DNA of 63,656 nucleotides, filler included, from Octopus bimaculoides (lineage: Eukaryota): NCBI RefSeq assembly GCF_001194135.2. It is 4 parts of 4 records of this genome, joined end to end, with 100 filler letters (N's around TTAATTAATTAA, not from the genome) between each part and the next. Parts side by side here need not be neighbours in the genome. Positions count along the whole stretch, not along the records: positions 23,816 to 50,541 come from NC_068982.1; 3 more parts are not named here. One strand, given 5' to 3'. Shown one piece after another: positions 27,790-40,345 of this stretch; position 1 is the first letter of the stretch; each line of letters begins with the position of its first letter. The notes beneath the pieces are model-generated. The model saw nothing but the letters and a program-made list of their open reading frames with translations. It was not told where the DNA came from and made no database searches. The translations under genes were made by a program, and so were the position numbers.

Positions 27790-28140
27790 TCCCATACCGA
27801 GTGTTGTAATTGTTTATTGAGCAAAGACACCTAAAGTTTCCAAGAGGTTCCGGCCGAGGGATGTCGAACTCGGCTGTAACTCTTTCACCACATCTTTCTC
27901 TCACTCATTCTTCCTGTTTCTGTTGTACCTGCATTTCAAAGGGCCAGTTTTGCCACACTTTGTGTCAAGCAGAATCTCCCCGAGAAATACGCTGAATCAC
28001 CCCAAGAACTACGCTGAATCTCCCCTAGAGCTACACGTGTCTGTGGAGTGCTCAGCCCCTTACACGTCAATCTCACGAGCAGGCTGTTCTATTGATCGGA
28101 TCAACTCGAATACTCGTCGTCGTAACCAACGGACTTCCAA
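27790..28140 (+). mobile_element. Interspersed repeat (SINE-like family D) with an internal 22-bp x3 tandem
   Basis: Segment GGTTCCGGC..GCTGTAACTCTTTCACCACATCTTTCTCTCACTC is shared with 33275-33340. Tandem GCWGAATCWCCCC..GA..TAC x3 at 27969-28034. Confidence 0.55.
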
Positions 28141-28250
28141 GAGATATTATTCCCTAAAAATCATATTAACATGCCGTATACCACTCTAGTCTGGATTCTG
28201 TCAGTACGACACATTTCACGGTTACAGTAATCTCAAATCTCGTTCTATAT

Positions 28251-28375
28251 TAGTTTTAAAATTTGCCACAAGAACAGCAATTTCAGCGGAGCGTAAGTCG
28301 ATTACATCGACTCCAGATATCAACTGGTGCTTGTGATATCGTCCCTCGGAAGATTGAAAGGTAAAGTCGACATCA
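28251..28375 (-). mobile_element. SINE family B, 3' half
   Basis: TTTGCCACAAG..AGCAATTT..TAAGTCGATTACATCGAC..AACTGGT..GAAAGGTAAAGTCGAC. Confidence 0.7.
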
Positions 28376-28599
28376 GTTGTGGTGGTGGTAGCAGTGTTTG
28401 TGGTGGTGGTAGCAGTGTTTGTGGTGGTGGTGGTAGTCTTTTTTACTCCGCGAAAGACCGTCCTCCAATTTCTTGTTGAACACGCTTCACAAATGATTTG
28501 TTTATAGAGAGCAAATGTATGTGTTGTACTGTTACTGACTCTCTCCATCAAGACGACCTTTCCAGTACAAGTGCACGGTGTGCCCCGCGTCAAGTGTCG

Positions 28600-28715
28600 A
28601 AAAGATTGTAGAGCAACGTGAGATGAAGTACTTTGCTCAAGAACAGAACGCACCAATTGGTCCAAGACATGAAACTACTATCTTGCGATCGCGCATACAT
28701 CATCGTAACCGCTAG
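28600..28715 (-). mobile_element. tRNA-derived SINE family C (head plus CORE-like domain)
   Basis: Reverse complement reads GTTCTTGAGCAAAGTACTTCATCTCACGTTGCTCTA, as in 63015-63060 and 63450-63510. Confidence 0.6.
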
Positions 28716-31700
28716 GAATTACGTCGTCACAGATATAAATATAATATTAAATAAAAAAAAAATGCTCACATCCTGGAAGAATTCGAAAATAATACTAAAA
28801 GATCGTAAATATTTAAGTACTGAAACGTTTGATCGGACTTCGTATTTTCATGACTTGACACCTAATAAAATAAAATTTAAGCTTAACGCAAAATGACACA
28901 TGCTAGTAACAATTCATTATTCTAGAAACTGATGCATGCGAGAACGGTCTTCTTCCAGTAAAGAGGCAATGGTACTTATTCCAGTTTTTGAAGCTTAATA
29001 ATATACTTATGGAGAAGTAGCTGTGGGAAATTGCTTTGTGGATCTTTCATAGATATATATAATTCATCCTTTGTCTTTAAAGTGCTTAAATCGGTTTAAT
29101 GTAGAGAATTAAACCGATTTGACGGCTCAGATAACTCATATTAATTCTAAACTATTAGCAGCAGTGAAGTGGAAAAGACATTTGGTTTCTAAGGAAAATT
29201 TGTGATAAATGTCATCAGAACGATTAATATACTTCACAGCAAAAAATAAGCTACAAATGATATCAAACTTTTATTTAACTAGAAGAGAGGAAAAAAAAAA
29301 CAAACGTTAATACTAGAAGTCGGAAGCCAACAGCGAACAATTGCACCAGATGCTCTCTATGTTCCTTCACTCAGAATTGCCATGTGAATCCGATTCAATA
29401 TTACAATGTAACTGTTTTACGCCAAAACCAAATCATGACATGAGCATCAGATTTGCAACTTAAAGAAAACTTTCTCGTCTAACTGTCATAAGAAAATAAG
29501 AAATTCCTATTAGTGTTGTATGTTTAAAAACTGTTTTTGTCATAACTTCAGTGATACTAAAAATTCTATAAGCTATTCTTAATGCCTGGTTACTTCCCAC
29601 CGATTTTATACAGAACGGAAATTAACTTATACAGAATTCAATACATTCACTAGCATAAATAAATCTGTTTAATGCATGAAATATCAGTAGTTTAGCCAGA
29701 ATTCTGCTGCGAACAGCTCTGCCCAATCGGATATTTAATTTGGAGCTGGCAATCAATGTTTGATATAATAAATTAAAGCTTCGAACTAAAACGGCATATG
29801 CACTTCGTTTCAGTGGATTATGTACGTGTATAATATAGAATCCTAATCGACAGAATAGTGGAAGTAGTTTTCTGGTAAATCATTGCTGGTATTATTTATT
29901 GGTTTTTCTACATTCTTCATAGTATCCATCTTCATGATAGCAAGTCCTTGAGATATTTTTTCCTTAAGTTCATTCCTGTGTTTGTGAGATACACTGTCGC
30001 ATAATTCTAATTTTGTGCTTACTTATTGTACGGCTTTCAACAACATAGGCCGCTTAAGCACTAACCGATTATTGAAAACACTTTATACTTTGGCTTCTAT
30101 ATATATTTACAGACATATATACTCTTCGATACCTTTCTTGAGTTGCACATAAAGACAATTTTCAATAAAGGAAAATTTTACCGGATATTTATAAAATTGT
30201 AGAATCTAGAAGAGCGACCAATTTACTTTTTCCTATTTAGCATCTTTTTTTATATTAATCCTCCTAGAATTGCTAAGTTTAAGAAGATGACTTCTGGCTA
30301 TACAATACTGGATGAGACCGATTCTATTACAGGTTTTTCATTTCAAACTACATCATTCTATAGAGCATTCTCGTTTCTGAAGACATTTGCCTCGACTAAT
30401 TTGAGTTGAAATTTTTACATCAGTGTATCAACTGATGTAATCTACAACGAAAACCATCATGACATTTGGCCTTAGCAATATGGTGTAAGCAATGGCATTT
30501 CCTTAGAATGAGCAGAGTTTCGGAAGTGTCTCTCAGAAGCATCTCCTGATATATATGTTCACCTATAGTCTTTATCTGTCTTATATGCTTACTGTTAGAG
30601 CGCACTATCGTAGTATGTGTTGATGCATTTCTGTCTGATAGAAGCTTAATAAATTCTTATGTTTCACACATTTCCGATTTGTTTTCGCCATTCTTTGTCG
30701 TATACTTCAATTTCCTAATTTCTGCCAGACAACGCCTCCACTGAAATTATACTGGCCCTTCAATTTTCCATAAGTGTAATCGCCCAGGCGGCAATAAAAT
30801 GTAATATAGTCACTACTTTCCTTAACTGCAATGATTCAATTATTCAGTTTGCATTTGCTAAGTACTACACATATCAAAAGAAAATATGACCGCATCTTGC
30901 AAATTTCAGCAAGAAGGGAAGCAAAAATAGTATCTGTACTCATTCAAAACGCTTAGCTTTCGTATTATTGAGGAACACTCATATGCGAATGCATGACCTA
31001 ATATTATTAAGACTGTAACCAAAAGAAAAATCACTCCTTTCAGAATCGTAACAATTCTTTATACGCCAAGAGATTTTTAAACCGACGACAAATCGCAGCT
31101 GTCTATCTCACACACATTATTGATTTTATCAATTTTGCCACTGATAATTTCTTCACCATCAATGTAAAGTGATAGCAATTCAATAATTTTTCATAGAGTT
31201 AAACGTAAAATCTGATATTTTAAATGCTCGTAAAAAGATAACAGTAAAATGATTTTATAAAGAAAATAAATAAAAAATTATAAGCATGTTATTCTTCATC
31301 GCGTAGTGTCGTCATCTTTTGATGGCCAACTTATAATCATTGAGAAGTGAGCATAGTTCATGTCACTAACTTATACTCTAAACATAAATTGCTGTATTGT
31401 CCTGAACGCAATGGTATAAACGATCGTGTACATAGAAATATATCTCTGTATTATAGGCTTAATTCTCTATGTTATGGACCCATCTTAAATAATCAAAGGA
31501 ATAGTTGCTGACTGCATCTTAAAGAAACTGTTTGCAGTGTAGTTTCTCAATTTAAAATACAGTTGCTGTGAGTAGGTTACGACTGAAGTACTGTTGGTTG
31601 TACGCCCTCGTATACAAAGTTGCATGGGGTTAAGCTGCGTCAGTAGCAACAACAATCAAAACACCGACAACACAAATGTCTCCACCAAAGAATTGGAATT

Positions 31701-33274
31701 TTCAAACATATGTTAGACGTCGAAATCGATTTCTTTCGCCATTATATGCCTTCGATCCGATAGTCTACCCAGACAACTGTTAAAAATTTGAGCCATTAAA
31801 GACATTTACAATTAAGAAAAAAGTTTTAATTTCTTTTTTACATAACCCAGTACGGTTCCCAGGTCGAAGATATTCCATTTGTAACCATGCAATCTTATCT
31901 TTTACCATTTCCGTCTCTAATATTACAGTAGCAACTACATTTCTTCTTCACTCTGAATGCGTATGACCTAATGATTACAATAGTGAGGTCAACATTTTAA
32001 AGTCTTGTATTCGACACTTGGACAGAACAAAACCCGAGATGGTGTCTCCCTGTCATTGCAACAACATCATTACTTGCAATCTTTAGAAAATGTAATAGAC
32101 GATATCGCATGATGCTCGCCTAAAAGTTAAGTTCTCTTCTTTAAAATGATTTATTATTCAATATGAACTAATGATTTTCATTGATTGGACAACAAATTAG
32201 TGAATCTTCCTCACCGCGGTTCAGTAAATTTCAAACTTTATTATACTATTCTTCGTCATCTCAAAACTATACGGTGTATTACTAAAACTCTCATTCAAAT
32301 ACATTTATTTATATCATGGTATTCAAAGAAAAAAACACTATTGTTTTCCTTTGACCAACACCTGAAACATATATAGGAAAATCAAGATCATTTCCTTCGT
32401 CAATATTTTCACTGTTACGTTTATATAGACACTGATATACAGTTAAATTATCTTAGTATTCATCAGACATTAGCAAACTTGACATATTCTTTAGCTTTGA
32501 AGAACGTGAAACAGTGCCGAAAGATGAACAATCTTAGAATAACAGATACAACCTTTTAGATTTGTTTCTGGAAACGTTTAGCTGAATCACCAACAGATAA
32601 TAAATTCAGTCGAAATATTATTACAATGCAATCATAAACTAAAATGTTACTACATCTCTGCATAAAGATCCAAACATGGGACATCTAATTGTTGTATGAT
32701 CATAATGTCGAGTGTTTAATATGTAATATACTTTTTTTAGAGGATGGTGATTGAAGGAAATAATTTTTCAGAAATGTATAAGTAATTCTTACCTTATACT
32801 TTGCATTGTGGATTAAGTTAAACTTAAAAGAAAATTAAATGAACATCGTAAAACATAGCTTTCTCTACAAAATTAAACAATTTAATGTACTCTCCGTTCC
32901 TGTGAGAAATGTTTCCATCCCGCCTCTCACATTCTTACACATTCATGGAGTGCGAAATATGCACATTATGCACCACTTTATTATCCCCTATGTAACATTG
33001 CCTGGTAATTCTATATATCGAGTCGTTAATCTGTACATTTTCTGCAATTTTGATGTGATTTGGGATACGAATGTGAGTGTATATATGTGTGCATGTGTCT
33101 ATGCATGTGTGTATATGTTAATCCACGCACAATTGTACATGTGTATCTACTCGCGTGTTTCTGTACCTGCTTACATTTGAGAGTATAAGTCTATATATAG
33201 ATGTTTTCGATCTAGTTTGGATTATTTGCCATCAAATTTGAATTCTTTGCCATCGAATTTGATGGCAAAGAATC

Positions 33275-33450
33275 CAAACTCCGGCAGCGGGTATTGGCGA
33301 CCCTTGTTGTACTCTTTCGCTCCGACTTTCTCTCACTCGTTCTGTTTCTTGAGTAACGCTGCGATGGACTGCCATCCCGTCCAGCTGGTGGGGGGGGGGA
33401 TACGCCATGGAAACCGAGAAACCGGTCCCATGAGCCTGTCTATGGTTTAA
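33275..33450 (+). mobile_element. Chimeric SINE fragment (family D segment plus family C 3' motif)
   Basis: CTCCGGCAG..TGTACTCTTTC..CTTTCTCTCACTC followed by GAGTAACGCTGCGATGGACTGCCATCCCGTCCAG (cf. GAGTAATCCTATGATGGGCCGGCATCCAGCCCAG in the reverse complement of 63399-63440). Confidence 0.55.
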
Positions 33451-34859
33451 AAGGATGCAAAATAACTACTAGACATTACCAATAACGTTTCGAAATGTTA
33501 CCAGATCGGAAATCAAATACGCTCATAATAACGGTAGTGGAAGAACCAGCATTTAGAGAGAAATCGCTGAAAACCTAGCTTTTTACTGACCTAATCTTTT
33601 TACAGGACTCCTAAACAAACAGAATAAAATAAAAGAGATCACGCAACCGTTCTATATCGTCCACACGTCCATGGAAAAGCTATACTAGTCAATGAATGTA
33701 GAGCACCCCCTGACTCCATGGCAACAGGTCAGGCACCAACACGTTAATCGGTGGCATATAGCATTTGCTTTGATTTCACTACGTGAACTAATTTTACTCA
33801 GACCTATTACAGTAAGACGGGTTTGACTACAACTTCTACCATTATGGCAGGTATTTGGCCCGCAGAGGCACCAACAATGAGAGACACTGTCCTTTCTGCA
33901 ATCCTCGCTCATGCTGCAGATTTATTAAGGACACTTTTTCATATGGTATAACTGGAAAATCGCTCTACCATTAACCCAACTACTATACCAAAAAAACTTA
34001 GTCTATAAGCCCTAACCCTAAATCTCGTTGCACAAATGCATCAGGTGTTCCCTCTTCCATCCTAAACTCTGTTAAGATTCTCTGCTGCTAAGGATATGCC
34101 AGAGCCTGGAATGGAGGTACCACCATCTGAAGGCACAAGACGAATGAAAACTAAACAGCAACTTGGATGTGCAGTAAAAACAAAATACAGCCGAATAAAC
34201 AATAACTCCCTACTACAATGAGCCATGATATCACAAAACGTGACTATAAAATATATTCTACCCATCGATCAATCTATCTATCTTCCTATCTATCTATCCA
34301 ACTGTCTGTCTATCTAAATATTTGTGTATCTGTTTATCTATTTATTTATATTTCTGTCTATATTTATTTCTCTCATTCTCTCTCTTCCTTGCTCTCTCCT
34401 TATGTTTACATATGCACGTATGCATAAATATTCATGCACTTACTTTAGCGGGATTAAATGCCTCATATACATTGTGAATTTGAAAGGTGTAACGTCTTTA
34501 TATGTCTACAAGAGTGAAACTTTTTACAGAGTGAAGAAAATAGAATTAGAAAATATAATGATCAATATTATTTTAAATTATATTATTCATTATCATTTAA
34601 TTAAAATGTAATTTTCTTCGCTCAAAATGATTACGTTCAATTATTTGTAGTTGCATTGTTTATTACCACTTAATTAAAAGCTAAATGTGGTTATTTTTTA
34701 TTCACCCTCAAAACAAGCAATTTTAAGTCTGCAGCTGGTTATAAAGATTTTTTGGCAACTAATTTGCTTACAATAGAAAAAATAGAAAAGGGTAAATACA
34801 ATGTTTAATATCCAACTCACTAATCACAGTATACAATGCACGTTGTATGCATTAGATGA

Positions 34860-35508
34860 TGAATTTCATCACGAAAGAAAGACATACCGTAGCAAAATGC
34901 ATATACTCTACATTGTGTGATGCGAGGATGAAGAAACGGTGTTGCGTTGGAAAAACAACATCTCTAAGATTTTCAAGAAGGCTGAGTGTGTACCAGCATC
35001 ACTCACTAAGACTTTTGTCAGCCGCTCTGTATTTTTCTATATAAAACTCTATGTGACAATGGTATGTCCATACATAGAATTTGCATCTCCAATCTGGAAC
35101 CCCTATATGCTCAGCATAGAAATCTCCTGGAAAATGTTTAGAAATGTGAAACAAAACGAATACCCGCCGTCAGGAAATAACCATGCTCTCAAAGTCTTGC
35201 TTCCCTGAGCTCAGACATATGGAAGCTCAGGCGTCTCGCAAATGACTTGGTAGACACCCACAAGGTTATCCACTGTCTTTGTAACAATAGTTTTGGGCAC
35301 CTTTCTGAATTCCATACGACAAGCCCTCGTGCACATGCTTTCAAAATCAAAAAACACAATACAGTACCTAAAACAGTCGAAAACATTTTTTGACACTCAA
35401 AACTGTTGAAGTATGAAATAAACTAACTGAATCAGTCGTTAACTGTCGAGACACTACATCCTTCAAAAAACATCCATGCTACCTGAAGTCCACCATCAGT
35501 ACACCTGA
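34860..35508 (+). mobile_element. 5'-truncated CR1/L2-group LINE (RT C-terminus and 3' end), frameshifted
   Basis: LRWKNNISKIFKKAE..LTKTFVSRS..KLYVTMVCPYIEFASPIWNPY; KLRRLANDLVDTHKVI; RAHAFKIKK; HFLTLKTVEV*NKLTESVVNCRDTTSF. Confidence 0.8.
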
Positions 35509-36236
35509 TGGCTTTTTTTCCCTGTTTTCTTAGTTGTAGTGCAGCTGAGCATTGTATACAATTTCTTTCATAGATATGCGGGATATTTTGCTGCCCTCCA
35601 AAATAGATAGCTGGAGAAAGAAAGTAATCTATAAATTGGCGACATTACTCAAAATCTTACGAATGAATGGACCAAATTCAAACGATTCTAGATGCAATTT
35701 GATGTTGCTAAACATGGCAAAAAATTAAATTTATTTTCCAAAATACAGAACAAAGAATTCATTTCGAAATAGAAAAAGGGGTTTTCACAAGTAGATGTTG
35801 TTTCCTAAAGATAAGCCCTTAACTGTAATGAAACATAACACGGGAAACTAAATATTAAAAAAAAAACATATACACAATGGCGCAATTTATGCATTTTCAT
35901 ACGAATTCTCCTTGTATGCCTTATCTTTAAGCGTTAAATGAATTGTAAAAAGCTGAAATTGAATTTTCGGTTTAAGTTCAACTTTTGTATGGATACGAAC
36001 GTTTAAAATCCTAAATATATTAAGTATATGAGTTAAGCAGTTTCTTGCAAGCGTTAAATAAATGCAATTGAGATGTATTCACACAAAAACATATAATGCT
36101 TGAATATGTCAAAAGTTGCAGCTGGTTTTCCGAAACTGCCGTTGTCTTGGTTTTCGTCATTGTCAAGCTTGTTGTCTTCGTCGTTGTTATCGCCGCTGTA
36201 GTATACGTATTAATAGTAGCAGCAACAGGTACAACT

Positions 36237-36377
<141 letters not shown>

Positions 36378-36465
36378 ACCTGACTTAGAAGTTGGCATTA
36401 TTGTATTCATATATGTACGTATGCGAGAGAAAGAAAGACAGAGACCGAGTGAGAGACACACACAG

Positions 36466-36523
<58 letters not shown>

Positions 36524-36560
36524 AGAGAGAGAGAGAGAGAAAGAGAGGGAGAGAGAGTGA
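36466..36560. repeat. (GATA)n-(GA)n compound microsatellite
   Basis: Direct read. Confidence 0.9.
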
Positions 36561-36979
36561 AAGAAAGTTAGATGGGGTATTATCACATTGGCTGCCATTT
36601 TTCAAGTAAGCGACATATACTTTTACGTTTGTGAGTATCAATGAGATAAGCAATCTATTTGTGGGTTGACAAATATAAATGTTTTGTGCCCTAAGAGAAA
36701 ATTACACACATAGATATTATATCTATATCCCAGCCATACACGACTCACAATTCAACATATTGAATCATTTGTTTATTTATATATAACTTATTCAGTGAAG
36801 GAATGCCATGTGAGAGACTCCCGGTCAGATAGCATCAAATTGAGTATTGTTTTTGTCTTTCCTAACACTTCTCAACAATCTATATTTCTCTGGATATTCT
36901 ACACTGGGATGTTCTGTTTGGCTGCCACGTTTCAATTTTTTCAATGTTTGCTCTAGTTGCAAATTAGGAGTAGTTTTAG

Positions 36980-37024
36980 CCAATCGTAAGCCACAGATAT
37001 ATTCATGCCAGTTTCCATAGTAAC
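36980..37024. promoter_or_regulatory. Candidate CCAAT box plus RFX X-box
   Basis: AGCCAATC at 36978-36985 and GTTTCCATAGTAAC at 37011-37024. Motif match only. Confidence 0.2.
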
Positions 37025-37664
37025 AAGCCAAAGATGAGAATTCTTTTGCCTCCATGAAAGCACATGTGTTGACAGATATATTCTACGCAAGATCACGTCC
37101 GTTGGCGCTCTCTTCTGCTGTTTGTTCCCATCTGTTGCTTATACGGTGGTCACGAGATGCGCTAAAAATAACAACTAATTAAGCCTTAAAATACGCAACC
37201 ACATTTTCTCCTTTTAGCGGAGCTGGTGATTGCATAATCGTATGAATTCCCACGTGTAAAATACAAATTCGTAAATATTTTCTGAAAATTCCGAAATATA
37301 AAAAAAATTATATGACGTGCATAAAGCAGAGTTTGATATCTTTACAGTTCCATTTTCAAACACGTGCTATTTTCAGAATGTTGACAACTCGTGCAGTCAC
37401 ACAGTAAAAAATTATAAGATTATAAACCTCTATAACTTATCTTAATTTTTTTTTTCCGGAAAGAAGTGACATACCCGCGGAGATTCAGCGTGGAAAATCA
37501 CATCAATATACGAAATTTTAAAATTTTCACTCTGCGCTAATGGGATGTTTTGATTGCTCTACTGGTCCTATGTATTGAATCCAAAGTTACTCACGAATGT
37601 CTGCTTCGCATACGTGGATACGTATATAGATCGATGTTATATATAAAAATATGTATAATGTGTT

Positions 37665-37810
37665 GAACTGGCTAAATCGTTATCTTGGCAGCCGGAATGT
37701 TCAGCGCCATTTCGTTTGTCTTTACATTCTGAATTTAAATTTTGCCAACATCGAACTTACCTTTCATCATTTCGAGGGCGATAACATAAGTACTAGTCGA
37801 GTACTGAGAA
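37665..37810 (+). mobile_element. Degenerate SINE family B
   Basis: GAACTGGCTAAATCGTTA..CATTTCGTTTGTCTTTACATTCTGAATTTAAATT..CTTTCATCATTTCGAGGGCGATAA..AAGTACTAG. Confidence 0.65.
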
Positions 37811-39082
37811 CGTATGCTCTTCCGTGAAATTAGTAACCTGGTGTCAAAGTTAGAAATCAAAAGGAGTACAATATTTATACACTACCGGAATCAAAAATCT
37901 TAAATGAAAAACATTTTAGTCGTTTTTTTTTTAATTTTAATTTTATGTTCTTTTATCTGGTGATATGATGGAATAACGTATTTTCTATCATTTTTCACTT
38001 ACAATCCGAAAAAATATTTAGATATAATGTGTTTAGAAATAAATGATGTGGAGTAACGATTTAAAATTTTATATACCAGAAACGGGGTCGTTTAAAAAGA
38101 TACGAGACAATTTATGTAACTAAAAAGCAGCTCAGTAAGTTACTACCACTTTGTTGAGGGGCATCAGGGTTTTGTCGCAAATAGTATAAAAGCTATGAAA
38201 AGAAGCGTATGTAAATAATTGGAAGGAAGAGAAACTAATATTAGTATAATTGCATTCCAGGAAAGAAAACTAAAATTCAAATATATACGAATGCCGTTTT
38301 CTGACGAATGGATGAATATGATTTTAACATAGAGAACACCATTGTAGGGGGTAAGCTGAAAATCGAATAAGTGATGAGTGATGAGTTGAAGAGAACGTGC
38401 GTCGTAAAGATATCAGAAAGCAACGAAAATTAAGAAGAGAAGCCTTCAGCAAAATGTGAAATAGCGCAGATGGTTGCCTGCAGGTCAGCCAATTGTCCGG
38501 AATGTATGTAAAGAATAATCAAATTCAATATAGAAGCGATGAAGAAATAGATATATTGAGTGAGGTCATAGTATGGCAGTTAGAGTAACTGAATATAGAG
38601 TAATGCAACATACACACATACACGCACACACACACACACACAAACACGCACATACANNNNNNNNNNNNNNNNNNNNNNNNNNNNNNNNNNNNNNNNNNNN
38701 NNNNNNNNNNNNNNNNNNNNNNNNNNNNNNNNNNNNNNNNNNNNNNNNNNNNNNNNNNNNNNNNNNNNNNNNNNNNNNNNNNNNNNNNNNNNNTATATAT
38801 ATATATATATATATATATTTATACATATAAATATATATATATAGAGAGAGGTACATACCTGTATGTATATTTACATACGTGTATATATATATATGCATAT
38901 GTATATATACATATATATATACATATATATATGTATATATATGTGCATATATAAATATAAATGGATATGCATATATATGCATACATAAACATACACTTAC
39001 ATATGCATATAACAACTACTACTACTACTATAATAACAACAACAACACCAATTATAATATCAATAATAATAAAAATAATAAA

Positions 39083-39509
39083 GCATAAAGAGATAGGCTT
39101 CAGCAAATATTCTGCTCAATACCACAGATTTGCTTGCAAATTGCATTACCATATCCAGTGGAGCATGTCCCTTAATGGCTGAATGTGCATCTCTAAACAC
39201 GAGGAGTATTAGTCGGAGAGCATCATAATCATGTATTGAGATGAATTCTTTAGGATTTGAATAATTCACCTCTGGAAGCATGGGTGTTGAGTTCAGCATC
39301 CTTAAATAAACATTATTCAAGGTCATTTTAGCATGATGCGTTACTCGACTCGAAGAAAATTCTAACGGGGCCCCGCCTGCTCGGACATGCACTGTTCTGA
39401 GATGCATGCGCCTGGTGTAGCCTTAACAGACGAATAGTCATGATAGGTATTCTGGGCTTCGTATACTTTAGGCACTGTCACTTTGATGGCATTCATTGCT
39501 CTCTCACTC
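39083..39509 (+). mobile_element. Non-coding retroposon 3' segment ending in (AAT)n, copy 1
   Basis: Colinear with 39588-40059. Ends GTCACTTTGATGGCAT..CTCTCTCACTC-(AAT)n. Confidence 0.7.
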
Positions 39510-39569
<60 letters not shown>

Positions 39570-39587
39570 GATAATAATAATAATAAT

Positions 39588-40059
39588 ATGTACATTGTTC
39601 TGTCTTGGTATAAAAGATGGGCTACAACAAATATTCTGCTCTATACCACAGATTTGCTTGTCAGTTGTTTGACCTTAACCAGTTGAGCATGTCCCTTGGT
39701 GGCTGACAATATGTGCATCTCTGATGATGAACAGAAGTAGTGGGGGAGGGCATCATAGCCAAGTGTTGAGAGGAATTCCTTTGGGTATGAATAATTTACC
39801 TTTGGAAACATGGGTGTTTTGCTCAGCATCCTTAAACGAACCCTATTCAGGAACCTTTTGAGCGGGATGCGCTACTCGACCTGAAGAAAATTCAGATCAT
39901 GCGCTGTTTATCTTGATATGAGATCACCATGTCGCGTACATATCGTTGTGATGCATGTGCCTGGTGTATCCTTATCAGACGGGTAGTCATGATGGGTATA
40001 ATGGGCTGCGTATATTTTACCCCAGTGTCACTTTGATGGCATGCACTACTCTCTCACTC
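39588..40059 (+). mobile_element. Non-coding retroposon 3' segment ending in (AAT)n, copy 2
   Basis: Shares CAAATATTCTGCTC.ATACCACAGATTTGCTTG, GAGCATGTCCCTT, CAGCATCCTTAAA, TACTCGAC..GAAGAAAATTC and the 3' end with copy 1. Confidence 0.7.
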
Positions 40060-40345
40060 AATGATAATACTACTACTACTACTACTAATAATAATAATAN
40101 NNNNNNNNNNNNNNNNNNNNNNNNNNNNNNNNNNNNNNNNNNNNNNNNNNNNNNNNNNNNNNNNNNNNNNNNNNNNNNNNNNNNNNNNNNNNNNNNNNNN
40201 NNNNNNNNNNNNNNNNNNNNNNNNNNNNNNNNNNNNNNNNNNNNNNNNNNNNNNNNNNNNNNNNNNNNNNNNNNNNNNNNNNNNNNNNNNNNNNNNNNNN
40301 NNNNNNNNNNNNNNNNNNNNNNNNNNNNNNNNNNNNNNNTATATA

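Noticed and set aside
28222-28665. 147-aa minus-strand ORF with a Thr run
   Set aside because: A composite of SINE C, a (GGT)-type repeat and SINE B; not a gene.
36825-37055. 76-aa minus-strand ORF in non-repetitive-looking sequence
   Set aside because: No recognisable domain; length is within chance expectation.
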